From contig NC_068982.1 of the NCBI RefSeq assembly GCF_001194135.2, positions 164,560,100 through 164,605,086 on the forward strand: 44,987 bases of DNA. The letters are read 5' to 3'. Source of the stretch: Octopus bimaculoides (Eukaryota). The position numbers and the translations under genes are program-made. Under the pieces are notes generated by a model that was given only the letters and a program-made list of their open reading frames with translations, did no database searches and was not told where the DNA came from. This document shows positions 39,277-44,987 of this stretch, piece by piece (within the stretch, counting starts at the first letter, position 1; every line of letters starts with the position of its first letter).

Positions 39277-39367
39277 TATATATATATATGGAAAAAAACG
39301 ATGGTTTTTTTTCCTTATGAGGTTTTTTCACGCTGACTACTTGATAAATTCTTATAAAGATTTTATC

Positions 39368-39401
<34 letters not shown>

Positions 39402-41361
39402 ACCTTTATAANNNNNNNNNNNNNNNNNNNNNNNNNNNNNNNNNNNNNNNNNNNNNNNNNNNNNNNNNNNNNNNNNNNNNNNNNNNNNNNNNNNNNNNNN
39501 NNNNNNNNNNNNNNNNNNNNNNNNNNNNNNNNNNNNNNNNNNNNNNNNNNNNNNNNNNNNNNNNNNNNNNNNNNNNNNNNNNNNNNNNNNNNNNNNNNNN
39601 NNNNNNNNNNNNNNNNNNNNNNNNNNNNNNNNNNNNNNNNNNNNNNNNNNNNNNNNNNNNNNNNNNNNNNNNNNNNNNNNNNNNNNNNNNNNNNNNNNNN
39701 NNNNNNNNNNNNNNNNNNNNNNNNNNNNNNNNNNNNNNNNNNNNNNNNNNNNNNNNNNNNNNNNNNNNNNNNNNNNNNNNNNNNNNNNNNNNNNNNNNNN
39801 NNNNNNNNNNNNNNNNNNNNNNNNNNNNNNNNNNNNNNNNNNNNNNNNNNNNNNNNNNNNNNNNNNNNNNNNNNNNNNNNNNNNNNNNNNNNNNNNNNNN
39901 NNNNNNNNNNNNNNNNNNNNNNNNNNNNNNNNNNNNNNNNNNNNNNNNNNNNNNNNNNNNNNNNNNNNNNNNNNNNNNNNNNNNNNNNNNNNNNNNNNNN
40001 NNNNNNNNNNNNNNNNNNNNNNNNNNNNNNNNNNNNNNNNNNNNNNNNNNNNNNNNNNNNNNNNNNNNNNNNNNNNNNNNNNNNNNNNNNNNNNNNNNNN
40101 NNNNNNNNNNNNNNNNNNNNNNNNNNNNNNNNNNNNNNNNNNNNNNNNNNNNNNNNNNNNNNNNNNNNNNNNNNNNNNNNNNNNNNNNNNNNNNNNNNNN
40201 NNNNNNNNNNNNNNNNNNNNNNNNNNNNNNNNNNNNNNNNNNNNNNNNNNNNNNNATATATATATATATATATATATATACATATCTATATCTGCATGCA
40301 TGTATATATAATGTATACAGTATAAAGATACGAGCTTGGCGTTTCATGCATGCAGATGTGTGTCTAGGTAGGTTTTTATAACAAAGGAAAAAAGCAACGA
40401 GAAGATAAAGGTACGAGTGTGGAGATTTGGGGATTTGGTTGCTATTTCTAGGAGGGCGCCCAACAATATCAAGGCCTACTCATTTATTCAAATCTTTGTA
40501 CATAAATACATACATACATACATACATACGTAAATATATACATACATACACACATACATAATCTTTGTAGTTTTCGTCACTGTTTACAATTATCGTTAAC
40601 ACAATTTCTTAATATATCATACAGATGTAACTTTTGACGCTGAATCCGAATTTTTTATTCAATTATTCCAGAAAAAATGTTACAGGTGTTCAAAATTTTG
40701 ATAGTTTTCAGAATGTTCAACCAATCAGAAAACAGTGCGTTCGCTGTCTCTTCCACCATCGTGCGGTGGGGTGGGATCGGCATGTCAAAAAATTAAATTA
40801 GCTACAGTAAACAGTGAACAATATGAAAAAACATGAAAACGAGCAAACTAAATATTTAAAAGCTACGAACAAATCAACAGGAGTTGCTAGAAATAACAGT
40901 AAAAACATTGTTTAAAACAGACATTTATTAGTTAAAAAAATTGAAGAACGAAAGTTTGCAATACATTCCAGGATTTTATAAAATAAATTATCTTTCTCGT
41001 ATCTCCTTCTCCACATCGGAAATGTTTAAAGCTGCGGCCATCGTTCTAGAAACGAATTCTTTCCGTTATGAAAATAATCACTTATAGAACATTTGGTGGC
41101 TACACTATTGTATGCATGCGCCGCATCTTTGGTTACTATGTAAACAGAGTTCTTCACCACGGTTATATGTAAAATACTCACTTCTGATTGGCTAAAATAC
41201 TCAAATTTTGCAAATTGTAAAGGCTAATAACCTTTTAATTATGGATTTATAGGAAAAATCAAATTCATTTTCATAATTAGTAAACAAACGCAATTCATAT
41301 ATCAAATTTGAAAAGAATTGGAACAAAATTGTAAACAGTAACGAAAACCACAAAGATGCTA

Positions 41362-41460
41362 CATACATGCATACGTACATACATACATACATGCATACAT
41401 ACATACATACATGCATACATGCATACATACATAAAGCAAACAAACGTGTGTGTGTGTGTG
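41362..41460. repeat. (TACA)n plus (TG)n microsatellite
   Basis: Direct reading. Confidence 0.9.
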
Positions 41461-44432
41461 TCATTAGTTAAATAAGATTTGAGTAAATTCCTTGTAGAAT
41501 GCTATGCAAAACTCGTCCTCAATTATTGGCCACCTGATGTTAATATACAGTGTTAATACTCCTTCTACTGGAAATTACACATCAGCAAATGCATAGTATC
41601 TGTAGAGTTTATAGAAATAGATAAATGATAGAACAGAGAATAAATGACATTCTGTATTTAAAATCTTGAAGTTACCATAAACACCAGGCTAGGCATGTGT
41701 GACAAACCCCGTCGTATAAGGCTTTTGATTTACAACAAAATTTAGCAGTAAGTAACTAGTCGTTAGGAATGTTGGGAATGGAATGTGTTCATAATCAACA
41801 TCCTTATATCTCAGTATCCATTCTCCTGTAAACTGATAATGTGGTAAATTTGCATAGGATATGCTTGTGGCAGCTTATGCTGAGGTGACAAAGATTAATG
41901 ATTTAGCAATACCTGCAGTGTTATTAAAACCACATTGAGAGTACCTGTGGTGACTAGCTTCCAAGTGAGCTTAAAGCTAAATTGAAAATAATACAGCAGG
42001 CAAAAACGAGGAATTCAGACTGTTCATCTGCCAGCTTAAATATTGATATCGCACGTTAAAGACAAGCAAGTGTAGTTTGTTTTATATACTTTTGGCGTGT
42101 ATTTAATTGAATCTGGTGTGACAACAAAGTGTGTTGGTTCAAGTGGAATGAGATCTGTGAATAATGAGATAGCAAACTGGGTACTATATACTAACCAATA
42201 TAACGTGTTACTGTCGTTATGGCGTTCACCACGATATTTCCTAATTTGCCCATGATTATATGTGCAGATGATTTTCATTCAACCTAGTCAGACAGAATAT
42301 CTCATGCTCGAAATATTATATTCTTGTGACCATCAGATTTCTAATTATTTCAAGACAATTCACGATTCACATTGTAAACCGTAGTATTTTTGAAACGTAA
42401 TTTCAAACCTTTCCCATTAATATCTATGTTTTGCAAATGCTCCTGTACTATCCAAATTCTGTGTAAACAGCATGCAACATATTGGATAAAATATTATCAA
42501 ACCTTTCAATTAATAGTTTCAGTTCTCTGTGTGAAGTAGCCGATACATGTTGTGAGATGTAGCATTTTACTTCTTCCTATGTGGCGCTATTTCAATTAGC
42601 TTCTCTAGCGATTATAATATAATATTACATCTGCAACCATGCAAGGATTAGTCTGAAGTAGCTTGCTAACTTTAGAATGGACATAACTAGTGAAGCAGAA
42701 ATACTTAATATCACTGTCTGCTTTGATGGGAAGTGTAATTATATCGGCGAATCAGCTTAGCTTGGGACAATGGTTTCATAACACACACTTGATATTCCTC
42801 AGTGAACACAATTGCATTATTGGTGTCTGACAGCAGAGGGAAGCTGGTCAGTGCCACAATGCTACAAGATCCGATTAGCTATTTTCCCAAAGGTATCATT
42901 TTGTATTTGATCCAAACTACACTTTGAAACTACAGTATTTTGCTTTAATAATATTTACTGCTGTACGTAAGATAGAATATAAACTTTATTTGATTCTATA
43001 TATTCTTTTATTGAACATATTGCAGAAACTGAACATATCTAAAACCTTTGAAGTAACATATATCGCTGATATCCTGCTATTCATATCATTTTCTTTAACA
43101 ATACTACCTATAAGGGACAATTTTCTAATATTCCTCTTACATATACAATATTGACATCCACTAGAAAGTGCACATTAACGGCTCTTTTGGTACATGCAGC
43201 AGTTGTTGGCGATTCTCTGACTCGTCAACTGTGTCCCTTTAATAAACGCTGTATCTTGATTTAATTGCAATCGTTCTTTATGCCGGCTATGGCAAAGAAT
43301 ACATGTTTCTTCAGTAGTTCCCGTTGGTCAAAGGAAAAGGCCAGCGTCGGGGTTAATAGCTTTAGAATTATGGGTGGTTTTGAAGATTGGCTTTATGGTT
43401 TTTATACTCAGTAATAAAACTCGGTTATACAATTATTGGCTTTGATGGTTTTCTGGGAAAACTAACATATACTCTTGTCATAATGTCATGTACTTTCAAT
43501 TTCATTATAAATACATATGGGTTTAAGTGTGTGTGCGCGCGTGCGTTGCGTGTGTCTGTGTGTCTGTGTGCTTTCGTGTGCACGTTTGTGTATTTCGAAC
43601 AGTGTATGTTGCATATACATTATACATATACCGTTGCTCACTTATATATTAACATGTTATAGAAGAACAAAGAAACAATAATAGATAGCAAGAAAAAATA
43701 TATAGAGGTTATACAATTGTCTCTATTATAAAAATTAAGTTGTAGATTTTTTTGTTTTATGTATAGATATGTCACATTTGTTTAAATATAATACAGTTAT
43801 ATTTTCAGCAAATGAATAAGTTCAAAGCTTGTCAATTGCTCGAAGCGATTCCATAAAGAATGATATCTATAATTCTAAGAATACACCAAAATACACAAGA
43901 AATAAATACACGAGAGTAATTGCAATATATGATGTGGAATGCTGCTTTACAGATTCAAACGACACCTAGACATTACATACAAGCTCAATCAATCAATGAA
44001 TCGAACAATATCTCATTCAATCAATCAGTTAATAGCTTGGGGACATGAAAGCCTATTTTCGTTTCACAATAGTAAATAAAAAAAAAAGACTGTCACTAGA
44101 AATTATGAATGCCACATAAAAACTACATATGAAGATTTTCGCCTATTTAGTTCTCCGCTTGTAAATATAAATCAAATACACTGAAATAGTAAACCGTTGT
44201 ATTCAAAGTCTTTTAAACTATTGAAAAGTTTATGCACATTCATATATGTTCTTAATAATCGTATATCTTTTTGCATATGCATGCATACATACATATATAC
44301 ATACGTGCATACATACACACATTTATANNNNNNNNNNNNNNNNNNNNNNNNNNNNNNNNNNNNNNNNNNNNNNNNNNNNNNNNNNNNNNNNNNNNNNNNN
44401 NNNNNNNNNNNNNNNNNNNNNNNNNNNNNNNA

Positions 44433-44464
<32 letters not shown>

Positions 44465-44632
44465 GTTATCTATCTATCTATATATCTATATCTATCTATA
44501 TATATATATACATATATAAATACACACACACACATGCACAAACACGCATAAATGTATTCTTCTCTATGTTTGTATGTGAATAATTGTAAGAGTATATATG
44601 TTTACATATATATATATATATGCATATATATG

Positions 44633-44987
44633 TACTCTTATACTTGTTTCAGTCATTTGACTGCGGACATGCTGGAGCACCGCCTTTAGTCGAGCATATC
44701 GACCCCGGGACTTATTCGTTGTAAGCCTAGTACTTATTCTATCGGTCTCTTTTGCCGAACCGCTAATTGACGGGGACATAAACACACCAGCATCGGTTGT
44801 CAAGTAATGCTAGGGGGACAAACACAGACACACAAACACACAAACACACACACACACATATATATATACATATATATATACGACGGGCTTCTTTCAGTTT
44901 CGGCCCGAGGCTATAGTAGAAGACACTTGCCCAAGATGCCACGCAGTGGGACTGAACCCGGAATCATGTGGTTGGTAAGCAAGCTAC
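44633..44987 (-). mobile_element. tRNA-derived SINE family 1, head cut by window end
   Basis: Colinear with 16870-17268. Intact B box GGTTCAGTCCC on the minus strand near 44947-44957, and an internal deletion of about 30 bp relative to the other copy. Confidence 0.9.

Noticed and set aside
43200-43262. VVGDSLTRQL, resembling an SGNH/GDSL block I or a CR1 ORF1 esterase motif
   Set aside because: A stop follows within a dozen codons, and there are no other SGNH blocks or splice support.
624-44583. Long ORFs in the supplied track (e.g. 624-1359, 1953-2951, 20623-21576, 33821-34813, 39317-40381, 44197-44583)
   Set aside because: They are open only because they run through N gaps and TA/CA/AAT microsatellites.

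Overview
This is AT-rich eukaryotic (animal) genomic DNA, not a prokaryotic locus. It has dense (TA)n/(CA)n/(TACA)n/(AAT)n microsatellites and seven assembly gaps. Its tRNA-derived SINE families match octopus repeats as I recall them (most likely Octopus; not database-checked). No complete protein-coding gene, rRNA, tRNA gene or CRISPR array can be supported, and almost all ORFs in the supplied track are artefacts of N-runs or microsatellites. Well-supported content: (1) three different, co-oriented, 5'-truncated R4/Dong-like RLE retrotransposon fragments at 1.5-4.4 kb, with the second and third starting immediately after (AAT)n tracts; (2) a decayed Penelope-like GIY-YIG element at 22.1-23.1 kb; (3) another RLE-endonuclease fragment at 35.1-35.7 kb; (4) six SINE copies or fragments from three families; (5) a 363-bp foldback element at 38914-39276, with 166-bp arms about 96% identical and internally palindromic, sitting in a (TA)n tract. 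Several short + strand exon or microexon candidates suggest the window may be mostly intron of an unidentified gene, but these rest on splice motifs alone and are low confidence.
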